Source: Thermodesulfobacteriota bacterium | GTDB lineage: Bacteria > Desulfobacterota_D > UBA1144 > Nemesobacterales > Mycalebacteriaceae | Reading direction: 5' to 3' | Length of the DNA stretch: 64,000 nt | Assembly (NCBI GenBank): GCA_965226585.1 | Contig: OZ245366.1 | Location: 1,120,001 to 1,184,000, forward strand | Part shown: one piece after another, positions 31,378 through 42,586 of the stretch | How positions within the stretch are numbered: the stretch's first letter is position 1 | Layout: each line of letters begins with the position of its first letter | The notes under the pieces: model-generated | The model's database searches: none | What the model saw: only the letters and a program-made list of their open reading frames with translations | Told to the model about the DNA's origin: nothing | Made by a program: the position numbers and the translations under genes

Positions 31378-32235
31378 CTAACTGTTTTGCAGCAGGGCTT
31401 TTTGAAGCCGTTCCCATTCTTTCATATATTCGGCAAGATGAGACCGCCCTTTCGCGATCTCCTCTTCTATCATGTTCTTTACCAACTGCTGTTCTTTTAC
31501 GTAATCCCCTTTGTCAAAAAAGCCGCCGAAGTGGGCAAATCTCAGCCACAGCAGATAAGTCGTAAGGGCGTCAAACTCGTTGTATCTCACGATGTCGTCA
31601 ATTCTGCCTTCAAGCCACATGGGGGCAACCTCGTTGCCGCTAACGCCGCCCATCTTTCCGGGAACGCCGGACAGCCGCGCCAGTTCGTTAAGTGATGGCG
31701 TTGACCTGCCGCCGCCCACGATTTGCATCATATCCACGTTCCATTCGCTTGCGCTTGAGAAGTAGTCTGCGCCGTCCCATGGTTTGTCAGGTCTCCGGGC
31801 AAAATCGGGAATGGAAAGACCGTTCACAATCGCTCTCTGCACAAGGATTTTCAAATCCGCGCGGACGGAGTTATATCCAACCACCTGCGGTTTTTTCTCT
31901 CCCACGCCCCTGAGAAAAACGCCGACTATGTGAGACTCGCGCCTGTTTTCTTCGGACTGTTCACCGATGCTGGGAATTGAGTGCAGAGAGACGGAAGCGT
32001 CTCCGCTTTCGTGTTCGGTTCTTGAGACGAGGGAGAGAGAGACAACTCTGCAGAGAATGGTTTTGAGAAAAGGTCTGGGGTTTTCTTCATCCGCCCCTCC
32101 CCTTTTCCACATTTCTGAGATGACTTCTTCATCGGTCATATCTTCGGGCAGTTCGTGAACAAGTTTCCCCGCAAGCGGGTCCGGAACCCATTCAACGTCA
32201 AAAGCCCAAACCCTGTTGCGAACGGATTTAAACAT
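31378..32235 (-). CDS. PolB-like 3'-5' exonuclease
   Basis: FDVEW (ExoI), VVGYN...D (ExoII), YNEFD (ExoIII). Confidence 0.85.
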   Translation of the reverse strand: MFKSVRNRVWAFDVEWVPDPLAGKLVHELPEDMTDEEVISEMWKRGGADEENPRPFLKTILCRVVSLSLVSRTEHESGDASVSLHSIPSIGEQSEENRRESHIVGVFLRGVGEKKPQVVGYNSVRADLKILVQRAIVNGLSIPDFARRPDKPWDGADYFSSASEWNVDMMQIVGGGRSTPSLNELARLSGVPGKMGGVSGNEVAPMWLEGRIDDIVRYNEFDALTTYLLWLRFAHFGGFFDKGDYVKEQQLVKNMIEEEIAKGRSHLAEYMKEWERLQKALLQNS

Positions 32236-32265
32236 GGAGATTAGACACCCTCAAAACTTGCCTTT

Positions 32266-32487
32266 TCAGCCCTTGTCCTTTGCCAGATGGCGCAGGCAGG
32301 TTGAAAGCGCGATCATAGTGGGAGCCCATATTCCTATGAAAATTCCCAATCTCTCCGCCGAAGCGCGCATTTCAAGGTCATCGGACAGACCGCCCGTGTA
32401 ATACCACGCGCCGAGAGAAATAAACACGGAAGCAATACCGCCAACAAGAGACAGTTTGCTCAAAAACATATAGATTGAACTGCTCAT
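32266..32487 (-). CDS. small two-TM membrane protein
   Basis: Two hydrophobic helices, GIFIGIWAPT, GGAGG RBS. Confidence 0.7.
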   Translation of the reverse strand: MSSSIYMFLSKLSLVGGIASVFISLGAWYYTGGLSDDLEMRASAERLGIFIGIWAPTMIALSTCLRHLAKDKG

Positions 32488-32661
32488 AATGAACCTCCCC
32501 TATACAATTGAGGGTATAGGAGAAGTGGGGAGAACTCAATACGGGGTTGGGTGAAGAAAATGGGTACGATCTTATCCTTGATTATTGATTCACTTTCCAA
32601 TATCTTCGCCATGTACTCTCAAAAGGTCACCAACCGTGATTGCGGTAAGGATGGATAAAAC

Positions 32662-33522
32662 ATGGCGAATGAAAAAGATAGCTTTCCTACTGAAGCAGAC
32701 CTCATGTTGCCAACTCTAGAGGCTATAAATCAACTCGGCGGTTCAGGAACTAATGAGGAGATAGTCGATAAGATTATCGAAATACAAAATTATCCCACAG
32801 AGGTTCAAACCGCTTCACATACCAGAGGAAATCGTACAAAGCTGGAATATCGTGCTGCGTGGGCACGTACAAACCTTAAGAGGGTAGGGGCTATCAACAA
32901 CAGCAATCTAGGTGTGTGGTCCATTACCAAAATTGGAGGGACACTCTCTGATGAAGAAATTGAGCAGCGCATTAAAAATTTCCGTACTATAGAGCGTCAG
33001 AAACGTAGAGAAACTGCAGAAACTATTAACGAGGTTAATACTGACCTAGATGACGAAACAGACCAGAACTGGAAGGTCCAGCTACTTGATGTCTTGAAGC
33101 AGATTGAACCAAGTGCATTTGAACGGCTTTGTCAGAGAGTGTTGCGCGAGTCTGGCTTTATAAAGGTACAAGTTACAGGAAAAAGCGGAGATGGTGGTAT
33201 TGATGGCATCGGTGTTTTGCGCATAAACCTTCTCTCTTTCCAAGTTTGTTTTCAATGCAAGCGACACAAAGATAGTGTCGGCTCTAGCATGGTCCGTGAC
33301 TTTAGAGGAGCCATGATTGGTCGCTGTGATAAGGGCCTGATGATGACTACCGGTTCTTTTACATTAGATGCTAGGAAAGAAGCCACACGCGATGGTGCCC
33401 CTACTATAGATTTGATAGACGGTGAATACCTTTGCGATTTGTTAAAAAAGCTCAAATTAGGCGTACAAACAGATCTTGTTGAAGAAGTCACTCCATTAAA
33501 AGAGTGGTTTGAGAAGCTATAA
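32662..33522 (+). CDS. mrr: Mrr type IV restriction endonuclease
   Basis: Mrr_N (LGGS...WARTNL...GVW) plus catalytic FERLC, GDGGIDG, QCKR, LIDG. Confidence 0.93.
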   Translation: MANEKDSFPTEADLMLPTLEAINQLGGSGTNEEIVDKIIEIQNYPTEVQTASHTRGNRTKLEYRAAWARTNLKRVGAINNSNLGVWSITKIGGTLSDEEIEQRIKNFRTIERQKRRETAETINEVNTDLDDETDQNWKVQLLDVLKQIEPSAFERLCQRVLRESGFIKVQVTGKSGDGGIDGIGVLRINLLSFQVCFQCKRHKDSVGSSMVRDFRGAMIGRCDKGLMMTTGSFTLDARKEATRDGAPTIDLIDGEYLCDLLKKLKLGVQTDLVEEVTPLKEWFEKL

Positions 33523-33586
33523 GTCTATACGAGCAAACTATGGAAATATTTGACGCTAGGAAGTGAAAGGTGGGTTCGAGTTATCG

Positions 33587-35233
33587 TTAAGACAACAACT
33601 GTTTGACTCTTGCTTCTATATTTTTATAGACGCTTTTTAGTTTTGCCTTAGCTTCCTTCGTTAGGATTGCAGTATGTGCTACGCCATCTCGTAACGGTTC
33701 ATACTCTCTTGCGTCTCTTGTGAGGCATGCCTCTATTAAAGGATCTTTCTTGTCAACTAAAGTAGCCAAGCAACCCATTGAAAGGTAATGTAGATTGTTC
33801 GCGTCTTTCCGGATTTCAATGCTGATATTTCCTTTGTTTTTTCTCTTTTCTTCCGTTTTTTTCCATTTTTCCACTTCTTTGCGTTCTCTGGTAGATAATT
33901 CAATACCTTTTTCTTCAACATATTTTCTGAGAAGATTTTCTGAGGCAAAACAATCTGCATATGATTCAAAATTAAAACTCGCATCCGTGCGCAATTCGTC
34001 ACACCACCCTTCTACTCTCCCACGCTTTACGGAATCTGTGGGCTTCTCAACACCATCAAAAACTGCTCTTGCTAATTCTTCGGATTTTCTTTGTTTTCTG
34101 GTTTTGCGTGGATTATCGGAGTCGCCATCCTCTTTGTGTTTTTCACGCAATTCATCCCATTTTTCAACAATCGCCAATGCTACACTTTTTAACTCTTCAA
34201 GAAACTTTGTGTATTCTTTGCTTTCGGCTTTGACTTCTTCCCGACTACTCGTGAAGTGGTCAGGATCGCCAGCATCTAAAATATCAAAGTGGACTTGGCC
34301 GTACAAATAAGTTTCAGGAATTCTTGCTTTAAGAGATGGTAGATGTTTAAGGATATCAGTCTCCCGCAATCTGCCATTCACAAATAAATCGATAGAGACC
34401 CTCTCACCAACTGAATAAATGTTAAGGTCTCGTGGTTTTTTAACTGAAGCGATAAAACCCTTCACCGTATCACTCATAGAAACTGGTAGCGTCTCTTTTA
34501 CTTCGGTACAAAAATTGGTTAGGTAGGGGTCTTCAAAATCATTGATGTTCCACACAAATTGTGTTTTATCAGCCAACTGTTTCAAGGATTCCAAAGTTAC
34601 CAAATCATCGTTCAAGTAAATATTGAATCCGGGGTCCACCAAAGAAAATCTGAAATATAACGCAATGACTTTTTTTAGAAAATCATCTTTGTTGTGTATC
34701 CCATCGTTTATATCTTCAAAGTAAATAATGGTTCCTTTCCTGTGACCATCCTCAAATTGTTTAAATAGAGAATCATCACATTGCCCAAGTTCATATTCAT
34801 TTGAAGAAACATTGTCTTTTATGGCTTGATCCAATCCTGCATTATCTATTGCTCCTCCTACATATTCTCCTCCCTCAGTTTTTGATTTTATGCTGACTTT
34901 TTTAGCGCATGACAAAAGGGCAAGTTTGCCGATACCTTTTCGTCCAATGTATGGCCTTCCACTAGCAGATTTATGTCCGCCAGACATCCTTTTTGAGTAG
35001 CCAATCTTCAAAAATTTATTTTCAAAATCATTAGTCGTCATTCCTTCGCCATCATCCCGTATACACAGCATATTTGTATCTCTATTCAAATAAATATGAA
35101 CATTGCGTGCGTCCGCATCCCATGCGTTAGAAATCGCCTCTCCTAAAACGGTGGTAAAACTACGGTACAAGTTACGACCTAAATGGTTGAGGATGCTAAG
35201 AGAAATATTAAATTTGAAATTCTTATTTAGCAT
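33587..35233 (-). CDS. GHKL (MORC-like) ATPase with C-terminal Swt1-like HEPN domain
   Basis: EAISNAWDA, DDGEGM, GRKGIGK, GT motifs. C-terminus has ENLLRKY...LHYL...L...LRDGVAH (Rx4H). Confidence 0.75.
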   Translation of the reverse strand: MLNKNFKFNISLSILNHLGRNLYRSFTTVLGEAISNAWDADARNVHIYLNRDTNMLCIRDDGEGMTTNDFENKFLKIGYSKRMSGGHKSASGRPYIGRKGIGKLALLSCAKKVSIKSKTEGGEYVGGAIDNAGLDQAIKDNVSSNEYELGQCDDSLFKQFEDGHRKGTIIYFEDINDGIHNKDDFLKKVIALYFRFSLVDPGFNIYLNDDLVTLESLKQLADKTQFVWNINDFEDPYLTNFCTEVKETLPVSMSDTVKGFIASVKKPRDLNIYSVGERVSIDLFVNGRLRETDILKHLPSLKARIPETYLYGQVHFDILDAGDPDHFTSSREEVKAESKEYTKFLEELKSVALAIVEKWDELREKHKEDGDSDNPRKTRKQRKSEELARAVFDGVEKPTDSVKRGRVEGWCDELRTDASFNFESYADCFASENLLRKYVEEKGIELSTRERKEVEKWKKTEEKRKNKGNISIEIRKDANNLHYLSMGCLATLVDKKDPLIEACLTRDAREYEPLRDGVAHTAILTKEAKAKLKSVYKNIEARVKQLLS

Positions 35234-36287
35234 ATTGTTCAAGGTGATGTTTTATACTCTTTCCAATAACCGATCCCATCCTAACAGGCACAGCGTTACC
35301 TATAAACTTCGCTACTTGAGTAAGGAAAAGAGGGTCCTTTGGATTGGTAAAGAGATATCCCTTCGGGAATGTCTGAAAAATAGCCGCTTCGCGTAAACTG
35401 ATAGCCCTATCTTGCTCTGGGTGTCCGAACCTTCCGTTTCCCAAGCCAATGCATTGAGTTGTCATTGTTGGAGATGGTGCATCCCAACGCATACGACCGT
35501 AAACGGTATCTCTGTAAGTTCTTCCAGAGTCTTTTTTGTGACAAGCCAAAATCAAGCTGTTGTCCCAACTTCGAGAATCGCCACCGTTGTGCGGCGTTGC
35601 TTTTATGCGCTTAGTGTTTATAGGACTTAACTTTCTTGCTCTATGTAGAGGATCAGACTTGCTCACTTCTCCAGAATTGATCGGCTCGAGATTTTTGATA
35701 GCATCTCGGACTGTTATCTTTTTATCCTTATGCGTTTTTTTTATCAATTCAATTTCACCAAAACGAGACGCCAACAGCACCAATCGTTTTCGACTCTGAG
35801 GAATGCCATAGTCTGAGACATTGACAATTTCGTATTTGCACTTGTAGCCACCCTCATCAAGCGTATCCATAAAAGTTTTGAAGACAGGATACCTTTCTAC
35901 ATCTGCAAGACCCCTCACATTTTCCATGGAAACAATGTCTGGAAGGGTTTCCTTAATCAAATGAGCAAATTTTTCGAGTGGCTCCAACTGTTTGTTGGTA
36001 ACTTGCTTCAAATTCAATCTCGAAAACGGTTGACAGGGAGCACAACCGACTAAAACTCGGATAGCCTCGTCTTTAGGACCAAACAACTTTTCTATTTCTT
36101 TCGCATTCACATCAAGAATATCACTATGTATAAACTTCGCTTTATTATTGTATTCATAACCAAACTTACAAGAATTGTCGTTGTCTACTCCAGCGATGAC
36201 ATCAAGCCCCTCTTTAATGAGCCCGTGAGATAACCCTCCTATGCCACAAAATAAATCTATAACTTTTAATTGCTCTTTCCGCCTCAT
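35223..36287 (-). CDS. DNA cytosine-5 methyltransferase
   Basis: DLFCGIGG, PCQPFS, ENV, QSRKR, IGNAVP. Confidence 0.96.
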   Translation of the reverse strand: MRRKEQLKVIDLFCGIGGLSHGLIKEGLDVIAGVDNDNSCKFGYEYNNKAKFIHSDILDVNAKEIEKLFGPKDEAIRVLVGCAPCQPFSRLNLKQVTNKQLEPLEKFAHLIKETLPDIVSMENVRGLADVERYPVFKTFMDTLDEGGYKCKYEIVNVSDYGIPQSRKRLVLLASRFGEIELIKKTHKDKKITVRDAIKNLEPINSGEVSKSDPLHRARKLSPINTKRIKATPHNGGDSRSWDNSLILACHKKDSGRTYRDTVYGRMRWDAPSPTMTTQCIGLGNGRFGHPEQDRAISLREAAIFQTFPKGYLFTNPKDPLFLTQVAKFIGNAVPVRMGSVIGKSIKHHLEQYAK

Positions 36288-36567
36288 GATAAAAACACCA
36301 ACTTCATTCTACATTGTCGAAATCAAACTGAAAATCTCTACTTCAAACTACCGGACAACCTTTCGCACTCCAATCAAGTGATAACGACGAAACGAAAAGC
36401 CTCTTAGCCCGCCTGCGACGTTAATGTACCTGCCAATACTGAGAATTAGTTAAGTTTTCCTCGTACAACAAAAGTTTCAAAACACCAAATCAGTGAGATG
36501 GAAGAACTTAAACTTTCAATCCATCTTTTTTGCAAGACAACATCCTCTTAGTGTAAAAGAACAAAAC

Positions 36568-37101
36568 ATGCCCACAAACACCCTATTCCTTTGCACCGGC
36601 AACTCCTACTGCTCCATAATGGCGGAATATCTGCTGAAACACTACGGCGGAAACCGTTTCGTGTCTTTCAGTGCCGGAAGTTCACCTACGGGCGAAATAC
36701 ACCCGCAAAGCATCTCCACCTTGAAAAAACGAGGAGTCTCCGCTTCGGGTTGCCGCAGTAAATCGTGGGATGAGTTCTTTGGTGTCAAAGGGAGTTGGGG
36801 AGGAAATATCAGTCTCCCTGAAGGTGAGTTCATAGCTCAGCACATTGATATCGTCATAACCCTTTGCGATAACGCCGCCCGGGATGAAACCTGTCCGATA
36901 TTTCACGGCGCGCCCGTAAAAGTGCACTGGGGCGTTTCCGACCCCGCAAAGTTTGAAGGCACGGAAGAAGAAATCACAAAAGAGTTTGAGCGCGTATGCG
37001 ACATTCTGGAAAAGCGCGTCAAAACCCTTACCCAACTGCCGGTTGAAAAAATGAGCAAAGACGAACTCCACAAAGAACTAGACGCCATAGGCAAACTGTA
37101 A
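36568..37101 (+). CDS. arsC: ArsC/LMW-PTP family protein with altered P-loop
   Basis: FLCTGNSYCS (canonical CTGNSCRS), SAGS, VITLCD, CP, HWGVSDP. Confidence 0.75.
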   Translation: MPTNTLFLCTGNSYCSIMAEYLLKHYGGNRFVSFSAGSSPTGEIHPQSISTLKKRGVSASGCRSKSWDEFFGVKGSWGGNISLPEGEFIAQHIDIVITLCDNAARDETCPIFHGAPVKVHWGVSDPAKFEGTEEEITKEFERVCDILEKRVKTLTQLPVEKMSKDELHKELDAIGKL

Positions 37102-37162
37102 CCACCCTTCCCGCCCCGCCCTACGCAAACGGATATCAAAGTAATAACTCAATGCTCTTGTT

Positions 37163-37192
37163 TGTCAGATAAAACTATGTAATAATCTGACA
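37163..37192. promoter_or_regulatory. inverted-repeat operator upstream of abiEi
   Basis: TGTCAGAT-14nt-ATCTGACA. Confidence 0.55.
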
Positions 37193-37208
37193 CATAGAGG
37201 ACTTAACT

Positions 37209-37829
37209 ATGTTATCTATAACTGACAAAATTCTGCAAAGAATTAAGAACAAACGCCGTGGATGGGTGTTTGGACCGGGTGATTTTCTGGATATCGGGTC
37301 GCGAGCCGCAGTAGATCAAGTGCTTTCGCGTCTGGTAAAGCGGGATGTAATCCGCAGACAAAGCCGGGGCATATACGACTATCCTAAACATCACCCGTCA
37401 TTCGGCTTGCTTTCTCCGGACGCTGACAGCCTCGCAAGGGTGATAGCCGCAGGGGATGACATTTCTCCATCCGGTGCTATGGCGGCTAATATGCTCGGTC
37501 TTTCCACGCAAGTACCCGCAAAGCCGACCTACGTTACAAACGGTCCCTCACGCACACGCACAATTGACGGACAAATCATCACTCTGAAACATGCAAAAGT
37601 GCCGCTTCTAAAGGATGTGCCGGATAGTGTTAATCTCCTGTTGCAAGCCTTCTCATACTTGGGGAAATCAAATGTGGATGACCGGATTATCAACCACAGC
37701 GCATCAGTTCTGCCGAACAGCGATATGAGCAAACTTCACAAAAATATGAAACGACTCCCCGGCTGGCTCGCGGATGTTGTGCATAAAATTGAGGATGCAA
37801 AAAATGGACAAGTTCAACAAACTGACTGA
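37209..37829 (+). CDS. AbiEi-type antitoxin (DUF6088-like)
   Basis: DFLDIGSRAAVDQVLSRL, RGIYDYP, AANMLGLSTQVPAK. Confidence 0.88.
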   Translation: MLSITDKILQRIKNKRRGWVFGPGDFLDIGSRAAVDQVLSRLVKRDVIRRQSRGIYDYPKHHPSFGLLSPDADSLARVIAAGDDISPSGAMAANMLGLSTQVPAKPTYVTNGPSRTRTIDGQIITLKHAKVPLLKDVPDSVNLLLQAFSYLGKSNVDDRIINHSASVLPNSDMSKLHKNMKRLPGWLADVVHKIEDAKNGQVQQTD

Positions 37830-38820
37830 GGAAGACAGAAAAACCGCCTTTAAACAAGCTGCCGCAAAGCAGGGTTTTACACCCGTCATTATGGAGAAAG
37901 ACTTCTGGGTGTGCTGGACGCTGAAACAACTTTTCAGTGACGATAAGATTGGCGGTTTTTTGACTTTCAAAGGCGGAACATCCCTTTCCAAAGCATACGG
38001 TCTGATTGAGCGTTTCTCTGAAGATATCGACCTCACTGTCAACAGAGATGCCCCTTTCCTGAAGGGTGGACGGAACCCGATGGAAGACGACATTTCCGGC
38101 AAAGAACGTGGGCGGCGCATCAAATCATTAAAAGAGAACACCGGGGCTTTTGTTAAAAAGATTGTGCTTCCGGTGATGAAGAAAAGAATCAAAACCTCTT
38201 TGGGAAACCACGGGAACTGGAGTCTGAGACCGGACAAGAGTGACAACCAGACTCTTCTTTTCCATTATCCGGAGCTCACAAGTGAAGGTGGAAATGGATA
38301 CATCAAACAAACGGTTCGCCTGGAGTTCGGCGCGCGAGGTGAAATAGAGCCGAACACAAATTGTACCATCACACCCTACGTGGCTGAGCAATATCCAAAC
38401 TTGTTTGATTCTCCAAAAACCGAAGCCCGAACGCTGGCGGTGGAACGCACATTCTGGGAGAAGGTTACTATCCTCCACGCGCTTTATCATGGCGTACGTA
38501 TGCGCGACCGAATGTCGCGCCACTATTACGATACTTACACAATGGATAAGAAGGGCATAACCGGGAAGGCACTAAAAGACACCGGACTGCTGGAAAAAGT
38601 GGTTAGAAATAAGAGCCTGCTTTTCACGGATAAAAAAGCTTCCTATGAAACGGCAAAAATCGGGTCGCTCAAACTGTTGCCGGACAGCACAAAGACGGCT
38701 GAGTTAAAAAGCGACTACGGCAAGATGAGCGAGATGTTTACGGGCAAAGCTCCGGACTTTAACGATATGGTCGAGGGCTTAAAAATGCTTGAAAACAAAC
38801 TGAACTCCACCGCCCCGTAA
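37804..38820 (+). CDS. AbiEii nucleotidyltransferase toxin (type IV TA)
   Basis: EKDFWV, FKGGTSLSK, RFSEDIDL, RTFWEK, SRHYYD. Confidence 0.92.
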   Translation: MDKFNKLTEEDRKTAFKQAAAKQGFTPVIMEKDFWVCWTLKQLFSDDKIGGFLTFKGGTSLSKAYGLIERFSEDIDLTVNRDAPFLKGGRNPMEDDISGKERGRRIKSLKENTGAFVKKIVLPVMKKRIKTSLGNHGNWSLRPDKSDNQTLLFHYPELTSEGGNGYIKQTVRLEFGARGEIEPNTNCTITPYVAEQYPNLFDSPKTEARTLAVERTFWEKVTILHALYHGVRMRDRMSRHYYDTYTMDKKGITGKALKDTGLLEKVVRNKSLLFTDKKASYETAKIGSLKLLPDSTKTAELKSDYGKMSEMFTGKAPDFNDMVEGLKMLENKLNSTAP

Positions 38821-38874
38821 CCCAGCACCGGCGGTGTGTTGAACCCCTTTTTGTAATTCCAGCCCTTAAATCAA

Positions 38875-41166
<2,292 letters not shown>

Positions 41167-41194
41167 CTAACGGCTCCAATCCTGAAAACCGCGC

Positions 41195-42586
41195 TCATCC
41201 ATCTTCATTAAAAGAGATTTCAAGCAGACGCAGAGGAAGTTTGCCGCCGTTTTTAACGCGCAGAGGCACGCCGTCCGGGGCTTCAAGCAGGTCTCCCTCG
41301 GCAAGCGTAACGCTTTTGCCGCCCAGAATTGCCACCGCCTCGCCCTCAAGAACCACAACACGGGAAGCGTTTGCCTGCGGCTCATAATCCATCCTTGCAG
41401 ACACATGAACGCTTCTGACTGAAAAACCGCCGCCCTTCTCTATCATCCGCTCTGAACCCCACGCGCGTTCAGTTCGCAAGGGGCGCGAGGCTTCGGAACC
41501 GCCGCCCCGGGCAACAACCTCATCAACAATGTCTTTCACCTTGCCTGCGCGCTTCATGTCAGACACAAGCACGGCGTCTCCTTCGTCAACAATCACAAGC
41601 CCTTTCAGCCCTTCAGCCGCAACAACCCTTTCCCCGGACGAGCGCACAAGGCAGTTTTTAGAGTTCAAAACAACCGCCCCTCCGCTAACGGCGTTGCCGT
41701 CAGAATCCTTTTTCGCAAGTTTGTAGACTGACTCCCAAGAGCCCACATCATCCCACTCAAAACTCGCCGGAACAACGGCTCCAAGTTCGGTTTTTTCCAT
41801 AACGGCAAAATCTATTGAGATGTCGGGAGATTTCGCGTAACTGGCGGTGTCCGCTCCGTAAGAGTCTTCTTTTGAAAGCGATCTGCGCACGGCGGAAAAC
41901 ACACCGGGAGCGTGTTTTTTTATCTCTTCAAGCATAACGCGCCCTCTGAAAACAAAGATTCCGGAGTTCCACAGAAACGACTGCTTCACATATCTCCGCG
42001 CTGTTCTAAGGTCGGGCTTCTCAACAAAACGCCCTATTTTGAAAACGCCCTGCGGCGCGCCTTCCGCCGCATCACCCTTCTGTATGTACCCGTATCCGGT
42101 TTCGGGACGGTTGGGCTTAATTCCGATGGTAACGATAAAGCCCTTCTCAGCCGCCGCAACCGCCGTTTCAACGGCTTTCAAAAATCCGTCTTTGTCGCCC
42201 ACGTGGTGGTCTGACGGCGAAACTATAAAGATGATGTCTTCGTCCTCTTCAATGTCGGGCATGGCGCGCATAATTCCCAGCGCGATTGCCGGAGCCGTGT
42301 TTCTTGAAAGCGGTTCCGCCGCGATTTCCACTCTCGCGGATACGGAGGAATCTATGTGGGAACGGAAAGCGGCTTCCTGAGCCGCGCCAACAAGCACGGT
42401 TATGTCTCGCGCGCGGCGCGAAAGCAGGGAGATGGTCTCATTTATAAGCGAACGCCCCGAAGACAAAGAGAGAAGCGGCTTGGGATTGAGCAGACGCGAT
42501 GACGGCCACAGCCGTTTGCCCGCGCCTCCCGCCATGAGAAGGCACACCCTGTGCGGCGCTTTTACTGTTTCGTTTGAACTATCCAT
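41195..42586 (-). CDS. manC: mannose-1-phosphate guanylyltransferase with degenerate cupin tail
   Basis: MAGGAGKRLWPSS, RNTAPA, PETGYGYI, FVEKP, WNSG, WDDVGSW. Confidence 0.92.
   Translation of the reverse strand: MDSSNETVKAPHRVCLLMAGGAGKRLWPSSRLLNPKPLLSLSSGRSLINETISLLSRRARDITVLVGAAQEAAFRSHIDSSVSARVEIAAEPLSRNTAPAIALGIMRAMPDIEEDEDIIFIVSPSDHHVGDKDGFLKAVETAVAAAEKGFIVTIGIKPNRPETGYGYIQKGDAAEGAPQGVFKIGRFVEKPDLRTARRYVKQSFLWNSGIFVFRGRVMLEEIKKHAPGVFSAVRRSLSKEDSYGADTASYAKSPDISIDFAVMEKTELGAVVPASFEWDDVGSWESVYKLAKKDSDGNAVSGGAVVLNSKNCLVRSSGERVVAAEGLKGLVIVDEGDAVLVSDMKRAGKVKDIVDEVVARGGGSEASRPLRTERAWGSERMIEKGGGFSVRSVHVSARMDYEPQANASRVVVLEGEAVAILGGKSVTLAEGDLLEAPDGVPLRVKNGGKLPLRLLEISFNEDG

Noticed and set aside
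32490..32660. att duplication of the tRNA-Ser 3' end at the far island boundary
   Set aside because: No match found by eye, so no mobile element was called.
33565..33582. GGTTCGAG tRNA T-loop-like fragment between mrr and the GHKL gene
   Set aside because: Too short, with no stem and no match to the 3' end of the window's tRNAs.
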